Assembly: GCA_002269645.1 (NCBI GenBank)
Contig: NIVC01000363.1
Location: 434,001-498,000, forward strand
DNA from: Macrostomum lignano
Taxonomy: Eukaryota
DNA: 64,000 bases
Direction: 5' to 3'
This document shows positions 14,860 through 28,234 of this stretch, piece after piece. The first letter of the stretch is position 1; every line of letters begins with the position of its first letter. Made by a program: the position numbers and the translations under genes. The notes under the pieces were generated by a model. That model saw nothing but the letters and a program-made list of their open reading frames with translations. It ran no database searches and was not told the DNA's origin.

Positions 14860-15810
14860 GTTGCTATTTAAGGATGGATACTTGCTATCTGAGAGATGCT
14901 TGTTATCTGAGGGATGCTTGCTATTTGAGGGATGCTTGCTATCTAAGGGATACTTGCGATCTAAGGGATGCTTGCTATTGGGGGGATGCTTGCTATCGGA
15001 AGGATGCTTGCTACTGGGGTAACTTGCTATTGGGAGATACTTGCTCTTGGAGGGTGGAGGGTACTTAATATCCTAGAGGGGGTTGCTAGATATTTATAAG
15101 GTCTTTTTGTATCCAGGTTATGCTTGCTATCTTGCTATCTGGGGTTGCTTGTAGTCTGGGGGATGCTTGCTATCTGGGGGATGCTTGCTATCTGGGGGAT
15201 GCTTGCTATCTGGGCGATGCTTGCTTTCTGGGGTTGTTTGCAGTCTGGGGGATGCTTGCTATCGGGGGGATGCTTGCTATCTGGGGTTGCTTGCTATCTG
15301 GGGGATGCTTGCTTTCTGGGGTTGTTTGCAGTCTGGGGGATGCTTGCTATCTGGGGTTGCTTGCTATCGGGGGATGCTTGCTATTTGGGGTTGCTTGCTA
15401 TCTGGGGGATGTTTGCTTTCTGGGGTTGCTTGCAGTCTGGGGGATGCCTGCTATCAGGGGGATGCTTGCTATCTGGGGTTGCTTGCTATCTGGGAGATGC
15501 TTACTATCTGGGGTTGCTTGAGGTCTGGGGGATGCTTGCTATCTGGGGTTGTTTGCTATTGGGAGGATGCTTGCTATTTGGGGGATGCTTGCTATCTGGG
15601 GGATGCTTGCTATCTGGGATTGCTTGTGGTCTAGGGGATGCTTACTATCTGACATTGCTTGCTATCAGGGGGATGCTTACTATTTGGGGGATACTTGCAG
15701 TCTGGGAGATGCTTGCTATTTGGGGGATACTTACAGTCTGGGGGATGCTTGCTATTTGGGGATCGATGCTTGAATGCTGTCTGGGGATGCTTGCTGTCTT
15801 GGGATGTTTT
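14860..15810 (+). repeat. 18-bp minisatellite GGGGATGCTTGCTATCTG (family also at 37.7-38.3 kb, inverted)
   Basis: Direct read. It generates spurious GDACYL/MLAIWG ORFs. Confidence 0.95.
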
Positions 15811-17166
15811 GTTTTTAGAGGGAATGTCTATTGTTTTTTATGAAGGCTTTATTTTGCTGTCTATTTGTTATTTGTAAAGAACAAGGATTCTTTCCAGATG
15901 TACCCCATCAGGGGGCGAAGATTGCTAGTCCTATATACTAAAAATGAGTTGTCTATCTAGCTTCATTATCTAAAAATCAATTTTTTGGACATAAATGCTA
16001 TAAATTTTTAATTACTCAACCAAAATTAATAAGTAAAACCATTTTGTAATGCTGTTGTTGTCCCCTATCAGATGTATATCTCAAAAATAATAAATTTTGA
16101 ACTTTCAAAATCTCACTAGAGACCTTAGTACAAGCTACTTATTTGTCCATCAAGATCTATTACAAAAACATCCTCTTCCATATGATGAACTAAAAAGTTT
16201 ATTGTTAATCTCTAAACTAGACTATAACTTTTGATTACTAGGTGAAAATTTTTAGGTTGGGATATCCTAGTTGATATTAAACTTCAATTAATTGCATTTA
16301 TCAATTACAAGGCACTTTGCATATCTTGCATATAATATATATAGTTGACCTTGCTAATTGATAAAATAAGCCTAAGTAAGATATGAATTAAAAAAAGAAA
16401 TTACAATAAAAATTATTAAAATAATTCTAATAGCAAGCTTAGACACAATGTTTTTGTTTCTCGCAACTATATATTGCATTCTTAGCTAGCTTAGCACTAG
16501 ACTTAGTCATTGATGCCTTTTTGACCATCGCTGCTGCCACATTTGGCTCTTTTGCCACAAAGTAATGCACTCTATGGCATGCCTCAACTGCCAATGCTGT
16601 CTCAATTTTCAATATAATATGTTTATGTTATAAGTTATTAGATATACATAATAGGTATATCATAACAAATTTCTTTTTAATTAGTATCCCTAGCTATAGT
16701 AGATAGCATTTTATTGTTGTAAATTTTTCCTAATACCTTTAGTCAATTGGAAGATGCTGGGTTTTTTGTCAAAATTGTTGAATGCCATTTGGCATCACAA
16801 TTGTTATGTCATATTCAATTTCAACATGCCATTGGCATAAAATGTAAAATAGCACTTTGTGAGCCTATATTAGTGTTTCCTTTCAGATTTAGATGGGAGT
16901 GAAGTGATTATAGCTTGCCAGTTTGGCAACTAACAAGTATATATAATATACAACATGATATGAGGACTTGAGCTCAAGGATATGACTACAGTGACTACAC
17001 AAAAATTTGTACTACTTAGTAATGTTTTATATTTTATAGAAATAAAAAGGCAAACTAAACAAATGTAGCTTTTCATTTTTTCAAACATATTGTCTTTAGA
17101 TCTTTATTTGTTAGTAGGAGTTAGACTAAGAGAACTAATATAATTATTAATTATTAACATATATGC

Positions 17167-17313
17167 GCAACCTTGGGAATCACCCGGCCATTTCTAATGG
17201 CAACACACACATGTAAGTTGCTATTGGCTGGGAGCAGTCACTATTATTCCGTCCAATAGCAACTTACATGTGTGTGTTGCCAATAGAAACAGCTGGGTGA
17301 ATCCCTAGGTTGC
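17167..17313. mobile_element. 147-bp palindromic (hairpin) element, probable MITE
   Basis: Arm gcaaccttgggaatcacccggccatttctaatggcaacacacacatgtaagttgctattgg pairs with ccaatagcaacttacatgtgtgtgttgccaatagaaacagctgggtgaatccctaggttgc around a ~25-nt loop. Confidence 0.7.
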
Positions 17314-17536
17314 ATCTAAGCATGATTATTAAGGTACAATCGTATATATATACTTATTTATGATTATTTTGGACTTCAACTTAGGCAACTAAAGATATAG
17401 TACTGCAGATCAGATGCTGGTACTTAAGGCAATAGTAAATTGATACTTGATTGATTAATATTTCACATCATATGGAAATCAGTTGTCTTTTAGTTTTAGA
17501 AATTTTTTTGAGTGTATTATAATAAAATATTGAAAT

Positions 17537-17903
17537 CTATAGCTCATCAAAGGTTGCTTTGGCAAGCTCATTAGTAGCTATACATGTAGCAGCATTTGCA
17601 ATAGCAATGGAACATAACAAACTTGGATTTGATACCAAGTAGCACTTTTGGTATGTAGAATTCTGCCAGCATTCAAAGGCTCTAGCATAGTCAAATGTTA
17701 GATATGAATCAACATTAAGGTGGAGTCTCATTAGCATATCTATTGTTCCAACACAGCCTGTTGTGAATTGGCATCTTGAGGTGAGTTAGCAACAAAAATC
17801 CTTTCTTTGCTATTGCATTTTTGGCACTAAAGGCAAATAAGATTTTTGCCAAAAGTGATAGATAAGGCCAATCATCTGACTGCCAAGCTGTCACAACAAA
17901 CAA
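17537..17903 (-). pseudogene. hAT-family transposase C-terminal dimerisation-domain relic
   Basis: Two overlapping frames read WPYLSLLAKILFAFSAKNAIAKKGFLLLTHLKMPIHNRL and LMRLHLN. This matches the hATC pattern WPxLxxLAxxLLxxPASxAxxERxFSxxxxxKxxxRNRL...LMRLxLN, with frameshift and CpG decay. Confidence 0.65.
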
Positions 17904-19293
17904 GGTATTTAAACAAATTTAAAAGCAAAACTGAAATTTGGAACTTGAGTTTCAGCATTGGCAATTTGGCAATGTCATAATGGCAAAAATTTGTTCTGCC
18001 ATTTTGGCATAATAGCATCAAAATCATTATGCCATTTTTAATTTCAACATGTCATGGCATGCCTATGACACAAAAAACCCAAGGCAGATAATAACCAGTT
18101 CTATAGCTTTCTTCTTGATAACCTCTAGAATGATATGCTTTGCCTCTTTTTTAACTTTCAAATGTACTCTTGCTGCTTACAAAGAAGCTCTATCCCTCTT
18201 TTATCTTCTGACAAATCTTATTAAAGAGCTAAAATACCGTTGTCTTTTCTTTAGGATAGAATCAGAGTATCCATGACCTAGAAAAACTTAGAAAAAAACA
18301 TGAAAAAAACCTAGAAAACCCTGAAAACATAAGTTTAATGTACTTTTTGTACTTTACAACTATTAATAACTTTTAACTATTTTACAAGTGTAAACAAAAG
18401 TTTTTTCTAATATTTGCTAAACTATTACCTAAAATTCAAGATTTGTTTGTTTTTTTATATTAAAACAAAAATTACAAAACCTTTAAGAATGAAACATTCA
18501 CTCTATGATAAGTAGCAACTGGAGCTAGTAGATATCCATAGCTCAGAAAATACAAACTTCTTGGTCTGAGTAAAGCTCTTAGCATGGTGGTCAAAACAAG
18601 TTTGCTTGAGAATAGTATGACTTGAAATGGCTATTTAGCTCCCTGACTAAGCATTTTGCAATTTCTCCTTGGTCAGAGGCTCCATAGGTATTTTTGCAGC
18701 ACTTGCAATATGATTCGGCAAGCACCATGATTGACCAAATTAGGAAAACAATGCACCTTGCATTGTGCTGCAGCTGTCTGGCATGATAGCAAGGCACTTG
18801 ATCTTCTCAAGTCTGCACTGCAAAATAGTCTGACAGATGGTAGATGCCATATGTTTGGCTGTTGTTGGAGTAATCTCTTAATGAACCATTACACCAAGAT
18901 AATTTACTCCTTATCTTCACTTCCATATAAAAATAAAATATCAGTACCTCTGAGGGTTACATTGAGTGAATATGCATCTTTATTTTCAATTAGTAAAATT
19001 AGAACTCATTATATTATATAAATCTAAAATAAATCATATCATATTAGATTCGAACGCACTTTTTAGACTTAATTCCTTAATTGGTTTATAGTTTCTAGTT
19101 CTAGTTGGTAGCTAATTTCTTGCTAATAGCGACCTGGCATGCAATTAAAATATGCTAATTCGTCGTGACTTATAACTGCACGTTGAGACACAGCTGCAAT
19201 TTATAGCCAATTGGTACATGTGTACGAGCTAGATTCAATGTCTCGTTTAGGCTCTTACTCTTAGAGAATAATAATAAATATAAACTTCCTTTT

Positions 19294-22200
19294 ATGCGTG
19301 AAGCTATGCAACAACAGTATCCTGGCTACCGACAGCAGCGGCCGCCGCAGCCTCCGCAACCGCCGCAGCCTCCGCAGCCGCAGCCTTTGCGACCTGGCAT
19401 GCAGCAGAACTACCAGCAGCCGTTGCCTCAGAAGCCGTTGCCGCCACAACAGCAACAGCAGCAACAAGGGAGCAGCCTGCCGCTACCATTTGGCGGTCAA
19501 GCCACCTATTCTCATCAGGTTAAAGCGCCAAATCTGATGTCTAGTAACAATTCCGAGATCAGCCTGCACAGATTGGACATATCTAATAGGCCATCCCCGG
19601 TGCCATTAGCCGCTATGGAGGCTATGGAAGGCGGCGGGCCAGGCGGTACGATTGCTCCGCCAATGCCGCCCCAGCAGCAGCAGCAGCAGCAGCAGCAACA
19701 GCAAATCCACCCGGGAATGCCCAACGGTTCCAACGGTGCAGGCAGTCATTATCAGTCTCAGCCAGCTGTATGGCCACCGCCAGCTCAGCCAGCTCAGCAC
19801 CAGACTCAGCCCCTTCGACCGCCAATGCCACCGCCGCCACCTTCGGCTCCTTCGCCGCCAAGCGGTGCACCTTATGGTCCGCCTCGACCGCCGATGCCGC
19901 CTCAACAGCAGCCTCGACCGCCGATGCCGCCTCCGCCGGGTCCCTACCAGCCGCAGTCGCAGCCGCAGCAGCAGCGGCCGCCGATGCCTCCCCAACCGCA
20001 GGCCCCGCCGACTCTTCGCCCTCCGGGTCCTCCGCAGCCGCCGGCACCGATGCCGCCGTCGGGCATTCCTCCAACGGCTCGACTTGACGGTTCGTTGCGC
20101 TCGTCGCAGGACGGCTCCACTCAGCGTCACGTCAACCTGCTGCAAGACAGGCAGCTGCTGTCGCCTACTGAAGGCATTGAAGTATTGAAACCGTCTGTTA
20201 AACACTATCCGGGAGACGCTAACTGCGATCCGGAGGTGATGTGCTGCACTTTAAACGTCATTCCTAGCACATCTTCTCTGTTGCAGAAGGCTCGCTTGCC
20301 GTTAGGCTTGCTATTGCATCCGTTTAAAGATTTGCGTAATCTGCCAGTGATACAGGCTAGCGTCATTGTGCGCTGCAGGTCCTGCCGGACTTATATTAAT
20401 CCGTTTGTGCAGCTTATCGATCAGCGAAGATGGCGCTGCAACGTGTGCTATAGGACCAACGATTTGCCCGACGAATTCCAATACGATCCCGTTAGCAAGG
20501 TGAGATTGGCCTGTTTTATTGCCTTTTTAATTGTAATTTTAGAGTGGTTTGAGTATATGGATGCCTTAAGATCATGGGCGGGTCATGGAGTATCATTCAT
20601 TGGTGGTATCATCAATAATCATAGAATTGATCATCGTGTGTCATCAAGTTGGTCATCGAGTGTCATAGAGTTGGTCATCGAGTGTCAAAGAGTGGATCAT
20701 CGAGTGTCATAGAGTTGGTCATCGAGTGTCATAGAGTTGGTCATCGAGTGTCATAGAGTTGGTCATCGAGTGTCATAGAGTTAGTCATCGAGTGTCATAG
20801 AGTTGGTCATCGAGTGTCATAGAGTTGGTCATCGAGTGTCATAGAGTTGGTCATCTAGTGTCATAGAGTTGGTCATCGAGTGTCATAGAGTTGGTCATCT
20901 AGTGTCATAGAGTTGGTCATCGAGTGTCATAAAGTTGGTCATCGAGTGTCATAGAGTTGGTCATCTAGTGTCATAGAGTTGGTCATCGAGTGTCATAGAG
21001 TGGGTCATCGAGTGTAATAGAGTGGGTCATAGAGTATCATAGAATTGGTCATCTAGTGTCATAGAGTTGGTCATGGAGGGTTAAAGAATTGTCTAATCAA
21101 AGATAGGCCTTATCGCCCTATTCATATGCTCATACCTGCAGGTGTACGGCGAGCCGTCTCGCCGTCCGGAGGTCCGCTCGGCCACTGTAGAGTTTATCGC
21201 GCCTCAAGAGTACACTGTCCGGCCGCCGCCTCCGGCCACCTACGTGATGCTTTTCGACGTGTCTCTCGGCGCCGCCTACTTGTCCACCGTCTGCCAGGTG
21301 TTGCTACGCTCACTTGACCGTCTGCCCGGTGACGCCCGCACTCAGCTGGCCATCATGACATTCAACGGGTTCCTGCATCTGTACCAGCTAGACGGGCCAA
21401 GGCCGAGGATGCTTGTACTGCCGGATCTTGACGAGGCGGCACCGCCTTTGCACGATGGTCTGCTCGTGACCGTGTCGGAATGTCGTGACGCCATCGCCGA
21501 ACTGTTGGAGACTCTGCCGATTCAGGAGTTCCCGGAGGCGCCGGGGTCTTGTCTGGGCACAGCACTGCAGATGGCTTATAAACTAGCGCAGGTGAGCAGT
21601 TGTGTCTAGAATGTGCCCTAGGGTCATTGACCCCTCCTGAGTGAGCTTTTCGGTGGGCCATTGACCCCTCGTAAGTAAGGGTTTCGGTGGGCCATTGACC
21701 CCCCCCGTATGTTTCGACAGACCATTGACCACTTTTTAGCTTTCAGCATGACGCTGACGCGCTTCTGACAAGGGACCTCTGACCCCTCCCAATGTTTCTG
21801 ACGAGGAACCTCTGACCCCTCCCAATGTTTCTGACGAGGGACCTCTGACCCCTCCCAATGTTTCTGACGAGGGGCCTCTGACCCCTCCCAATGTTTCTGA
21901 CGAGGGGCCTCTGACCCCTCCCAATGTTTCTGACGAGGGGCCTCTGACCCCTCCCAATGTTTCTGACGAGGGGCCTCTGACCCCTCCCAATGTTTCTGAC
22001 GAGGGGCCTCTGACCCCTCCCAATGTTTCTGACGAGGGGCCTCTGACCCCTCCCAGTGCTTCTGACGAGGGGCCTCTGATCCCTCCCAGTGCTTCTGACG
22101 AGGGGCCTCTGACCCCTCCACAGAAGCATTTGACGAGGGGCCTCTGACCCCTCCCAGTGCTTCTGACGAGGGGCCTCTGACCCCTCCCAAATGCTTCTGA

Positions 22201-25200
22201 CGAGGGGCCTCTGACCCCTCCACAGAAGCATTTGACGAGGGGCCTCTGACCCCTCCCAGTGCTTCTGACGAGGGGCCTCTGACCCTTCCAGTGCTTCTGA
22301 TGAAGACCCGTGACACCTCTGAAATACGCGTTTTGGAGGGCCGCCGTTGCCTCATAGTGATTGATCCTCTCAATGCAGCACTATACTATATATATATATT
22401 CTCCACCAAAGCCTCCCTGGCACCCATATCATCTCCAAACCGCAGTCGTACGGCGGCCGCGTCACCGCATTCGTAGCCAGCCTGCCCAGCCTGGGCTCGG
22501 GCGCTCTACAAAATCGCGACGACCCGTCAACTCGAGTCGGCAAGCCGAGCTCTGGAATTCTACAGCCTGGCACAGATTTTTATAAACGTCTGGCGTTGGA
22601 CTGCTGCGGAGTTCAACTTGGCATCGATCTGTTCTGCCTGGCGCCTCAGCCTGTAGATCTGCCATCCCTACTGCCGGCCAGTCTGTTCTCGTCCGGCGAT
22701 TTCTTTCACTATCCGGACATGGCCGAACGGCCGGACGAGGAGCGAGCCAGGCTGTCCACGGATTTCAATCGCTACGTTACTAGGAAGATCGGTTTCGAAG
22801 CCGTGATGCGACTGCGGTGCACCAAAGGCATCAGCATATCGGCTTTCCACGGCTCCTGTTTTGTCCGATCCACCGACCTGCTGTCGCTGCCGACTGTCAA
22901 TCCTGACGCAGGCTTTGGCATTCAGCTAGCACTGGAGGATAGTCTGGCCGATGTACAATTGGCCGTGTGCCAAGCCGCTCTGCTGTACACGTCGGCTAAA
23001 GGCGAGCGTCGAATTCGAGTGCACACCCTGGCTGTGCCGGTCACCAGCCGGTTGGAGGACGTGTTTCGTGGCGCCGATCAGAGAGCGGTTAGAATTTTTA
23101 GACTTTTTGTAGCATATTCATGTGTTCAGTCCGACAATAGTTACTGCCGAAGCGAATCCTCACTTCAACTCTTGTCCTGACGGTGTCACGCTAATAATAC
23201 ACTGTCGCAATAGCGTCACTGACGATCACATTAGATATCACTGACGGTCAAATTAGATGTCACTGACGGTCACATTAGATGTCACTGACGGTCAAATTAG
23301 ATGCCACTGACGGTCACATTAGATGTCACTGACGGTCACATTAGATGTCACTGACGGTCAAATTAGATGTCACTGACAGTCACATTAGATGTCACTGACG
23401 GTCAAATTAGATGTCACTGACAGTCACAGTGGGTGTCACTGACAGTCACATTAGATGTCACTGACGGTCAAATTAGATGTCACTGACGGTCAAATTAGAT
23501 GTCACTGACGGTCAAATTAGATGTCACTGACGGTCAAATTAGATGTCACTGACGGTCAAATTAGATGTCACTGACGGTCAAATTAAATGTCACTGACGGT
23601 CAAATTAGATGTCACTGACGGTCAAATTAGATGTCACTGACGGTCACATTAGATGTCACTGACGGTCAAATTAGATGCCACTGACGGTCACATTAGATGT
23701 CACTGACGGTCACATTAGATGTCACTGACGGTCACATTAGATGTCACTGACGGTCAAATTAGATGTCACTGACAGTCACATTAGATGTCACTGGCGGTCA
23801 CAGTGGGTGTCACTGACAGTCACATTAGATGTCACTGACAGTCACATTAGATGTCACTGACGGTCAAATTAGATGTCACCTACGGTCAAATTAGATGTCA
23901 CTGACGGTCAAATTAGATGTCACTGACGGTCAAATTAGATGTCACTGACGGTCAAATTAGATGTCACTGACGGTCACATTAGATGTCACTGACAGTTTAA
24001 TGTCACTGACAGTGTCTGGCCGTCACACATGAATGCCAGCCTTATAAGAAACAACCTCCACAGCAAACCCCAAACGCCTTCACCAACTCGACTCACCTGG
24101 CTAATCCAGCTGTCAATCACCCACCGCCCGGCCAGGTTGCTGGCCTGCTAGCCCTGATGGCCACAGACCGGACGATCGGCAGCAGTCTGACAGACGCCAG
24201 AGAGGCTCTAGTTAACGCCGCAGTCGATCTGATCACAGCCTACGGCAATTGCGCCCTATCATCTGGCCAGAGAATTGGCAGTCTGTGCGTGCCCTATCAT
24301 CTGCGCCTGCTGCCGGCTCTGGTGCTGGCCCTGATGAAGTGCACCGCCTTCCGGCTCGGCGTCAGCACCAGATTAGACGAACGGGCGGGCGCTCTGGCCG
24401 CTATGAAGCTGACACCGCTGCGCTTCCTGCTGATGCGGGCCTATCCGGATCTGTACGCTTTGCATCCTTCGGCTTGGCCGCCGCCGCCGCCGCAGCAGCA
24501 GCAGCAGCAGCAGGAGGATCAGAAGCAAAACAATCAATCAGTATCTGACGACGAAATTGACGAGCCGCCTAGGCTGCATTTGAGCGCTCAGTTTCTTGAA
24601 CGCGGCGGATTGTATCTGCTTGATGCCGGCAGGGAGTTGCTGCTGTTTGTGTTCTCCGGCATGCCTCAGGCTGTCTATCAGCAGCTGTTCGCTGTGGACT
24701 CCTTTCAGCAGGTAAATTCTGCAGTAAAATATTCTAATTCTCCCTTCTCAAAATGTACCCATTTCTGTTCTAATTCAGATCCCCTTTCTCTTTTGATAAA
24801 GATCCCCATTCTCAATAGAGATCCCCATTCTCTTTTGATAAAGATCCCAATTCTCAATAGAGATCCCCATTCTCTTTTGATAAAGATCCCAATTCTCAAT
24901 AGAGATCCCCATTCTCAATAGAGATCCCCATTCTCTTTTGATAAAGATCCCAATTCTCAATAGAGATCCCCATTCTCAGTAAAGATCCCCATTCTCAATA
25001 GATATCCGCCATTCTCAATAGAGATCCCCATTCTCTTTTGATAAAGATCCCAATTCTCAATAGAGATCCCCATTCTCAGTAAAGATCCCCATTCTCAATA
25101 GATATCCGCCATTCTCAATAAAGATCCCCATTCTCAATAGATATCCGCCATTCTCAATAAAGATCCCCATTCTCAATAGATATCCGCCATTCTCAATAAA

Positions 25201-26075
25201 GATCCCCATTCTCAATATAGATCCCCATTCTTAATAGAGATCCCCATTCTCAATAGAGATCCCCATTCTCTCTTGATAGACTCACATTATCAATCGCGAT
25301 CTCCATTCATTATAGCGATCCCATTCTTTTTTTATTCCTCAGTCTTTATAGAGATCCCCTATCTCAATAGAGATCCTCATTCTTAATAGAGATCCCCTAT
25401 CTCAATAGAGATCCCCATTCTTAATAGAGATCCCCTATCTCAATAGAGATCCCCTATCTCCATAGAGATCCCCATTCTTTTTTGATTTCTCATTCTTTAT
25501 AGAGATCCCCATTCTCTTGTAATAAAGGCCCCTATTCTCAATAAAGATCCCATTCCCTCTTAATAAATATCTCAATTCTCTCTTAATAAAAATCCCCATT
25601 CTCCCATCTTGAAAGGTCCCCATTCTCCCATCTTGAAAGAGCCCCATTCTACCATCTTGAAAGATCCCCATTCTCCCATCTTGAAAGAGCCCCATTCTCC
25701 CATCTTGAAAGAGCCCCATTCTCCCATCTTGAAAGATCCCCATTATCACATCTTGAAAGAGCCCCATTCTCCCATCTTGAAAGATCCCCATTCTCCCATC
25801 TTAAAAGAACACGACCACCCTTCTCTTTAAAGATTCGTGACGGCCAGCTCGGCCTCCCAGAGCTGGACAATCCCCTGTCCGAGCGGGTTCGCGGTTTTGT
25901 CGAATGCCTTCAAAGCGACCGGCCGTTCGGGGCGCCGCTCACCCTGCTGCGCGAGGACGGGCGCCAGCGCGGCAGGTTCACGCGCTATCTAGTCGAGGAC
26001 CGGTCTGAGGGCGGCGCTAGCCAGTCGTATCAGGAATTTCTGCAGACCTTGCAAAAGATGGTGAAATATTCCTGA
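19294..26075 (+). CDS. SEC24: COPII coat subunit Sec24 (SEC24A/B-like), 5 coding exons, ~1038 aa
   Basis: Exons 19294-20499, 21142-21591, 22446-23087, 24136-24711, 25833-26075, all phase 0 and GT-AG. Pro/Gln-rich N-terminus; zinc finger CRSCRTYINPF...RWRCNVCYRTND; trunk domain (YGEPSRRPE, GGRV, DFYKRLALDC); RKIGFEAVMRLRCTKG; QAALLYTSAKGERRIRVHT; gelsolin-like end EDRSEG..SYQEFL. Start could be the second ATG at 19306. Confidence 0.95.
20625..21075. repeat. 22-bp minisatellite AGAGTTGGTCATCGAGTGTCAT (SEC24 intron 1)
   Basis: Direct read. Confidence 0.95.
21760..22290. repeat. 33-bp minisatellite TCTGACGAGGGGCCTCTGACCCCTCCCAATGTT (SEC24 intron 2)
   Basis: Direct read; degenerate copies extend back to ~21625. 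Confidence 0.95.
23215..24012. repeat. 22-bp minisatellite CACTGACGGTCAAATTAGATGT (SEC24 intron 3)
   Basis: Direct read. Confidence 0.95.
24775..25805. repeat. Compound 19/24-bp minisatellite built on GATCCCCATTCTC (SEC24 intron 4)
   Basis: GATCCCCATTCTCAATAGA units grade into AAAGATCCCCATTCTCCCATCTTG units. Confidence 0.93.
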
Positions 26076-28234
26076 GATTAGTTGGCTTCAATTTCTTTGA
26101 CTAATTGATTGATTAAATTTGAGCATCGGTCTGGGTTGAACGCCTTGGTTTATTTTGCGTTTATCTCCGACTGATTTCATATTTTGATTATAGCGGCATG
26201 GATGGGCATAGCAGCGTGATGTAGAACTGAGGCTGTGCTTCTGTTTTATACACTGGGTCAATTTCACCGCTTTGTTAATAATGTAACTGACTGTAGCTGC
26301 CTACACTATCAGTTATATTCTGATGAAATTCTTTTATTTCTCTATGTTAGGATTTGACCTCCCTGTGCCAAACAGCTTTGCAGGTCACGTGAGTTGCAGA
26401 ATCATAAGAGACTCGCGATAAAAAGTTTTTTAAAACTGCGAACTGCAATTATAGTTCAGAAGGTGACGCAGAGACTAAAAATCTGCTAGAGTCACTCCTT
26501 TCCTATTCTACCTGTGTTACCTGAAACGACTCTAAAACGCTTCTTGGCCTAGACACTGTTTCCATCGGGATTTGCTTATTCATTTAAATGATTATTAATT
26601 AATTATTAGTAGTAGTGTCACAATCTGCATCTTGTGTTGTTGTTGATTTGCTTTCAACAGAGGAATACAACTATTATTTGATATAATTTTTGTTATAGCG
26701 GGTTTGGCTTATTTATATGACTCCGGTCGCTGAAAGTAGTATGCTAACGCTTCAAAGGAAAAAATTGTCAAATAAAGTTTTAATTTTTTTCAACAAAAAA
26801 AAGAATTATAAATGTCAAGTCGCTGAAAGTAGTATGTCGCCGTGGTAGTAAATAAAGTAGCCGATTTATTAATAGAATCAATTATTGAATACATAACGAT
26901 AATTAATGTAGCGTGTGCTCTCCCTGTACTGTCAGCTCAGCCAGTTTAAGCGTGCAATCTTACTAATATATATATATGATTTTTGTTATTTTTTCAATTC
27001 GTAATTCCCTTTTTTGAAATTAGTTATGATAAATGAATTATGCTTAATGCTTTCATTGTCACTTATATGCACAGGCATTACACATTGCTTGCTTATAATT
27101 TCCTCTTTTTGCTCTGTTGATTTTAAGATTTGACAAATAAAAGAAATGATCCTTGATTTTCTTGTTTGCTTGGTCGGCCCTTAGCCAGTAGTGAATTTTT
27201 TTTAGTAAATTCCTTCTCGCAAAATTGTTTATTGCTGATTGAAACTAAAAAATTCAAGCCATTGTTTTGCTTGGCGGTGTCAGACTTGGATTATCTAATA
27301 TTTGCATTACATTTATATATATATACATGAATGTTCAGAATTTGCTGCACTAAGAGAACACGCCTTCTTTTTATATATAATAATAACCTATTCATCGGTA
27401 CCAGTCGTTAAAAACAAAGGTAACAGATTATTTGGGCAGTAGTAGTGCATGAATTCATTTTTGTGCGTGTTTTTTTAAATCATACCTATTATATATACCT
27501 TGTTAATTGAAGCGGAATTATATTTTATCCTGTGCTACTCCGTGCTCAGAAATCATTTTAAGTTCGTTCATTCATTCTGCCTTTTGCTATGCTGTGCGAA
27601 ACTGTCTTTTATTTGTAATTATTACTATATTCATCTATATATTACTTGTTAGTAGAGTGTGCCGGTAGCCATTCTGTAGATTCTATAGAGACTTAAATCT
27701 GCGCATGAAAAACTCGGCCCTCTGATCTGACTATAAACTTTTTCCTTTCCTGCGGTTGCAAAGACGTCTGTCTGATTTCGAATGCGCGCCTTGGAGAATT
27801 AATTCATCATCACTTGCTAATTCTCAAGTCTCTGAGCTCCCACTGTCTGGGATCTGAGCATGCATACTCATTTATTTAATATCTGTACTTGTGTTCGTAT
27901 TCTGTAAAACTGCCCGACTTTCACAAGAGTTACGCGTATAGATTTATTATTACTATTGCTATTATTATAAAGTTTAACCAGCACACAATCGCATCAATCT
28001 TCTTCTTTCTTCGCTTTTCCTTTGTTCAGTAAATTACCACTGAGAATCCGATTGCCTCGAGAATTGAGTAAAACAAATCTAAAACTTTCATGCTTTTTTG
28101 TCTTCGTTATTTTCATTCACAAGCAGGGGCGTCGCCATGAATTTTATGATGGGAGGGGGGCAAAGTCAAGAATTCAACATGTACATGATTAAATTCCTAC
28201 GTTTACATTATTTTGAGAATCGTGTTGTCAGCGC

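Noticed and set aside
14853-15877. ORFs with GDACYL/MLAIWG repeats (also 37563-38238, 28098-28863, 58158-58622, 48566-48880, 21624-22373, 24705-25870)
   Set aside because: All are minisatellite translations.
19261-20205. Antisense and alternative-frame ORFs over SEC24 exon 1
   Set aside because: Shadows of GC-rich, CAG/CCG low-complexity coding sequence.
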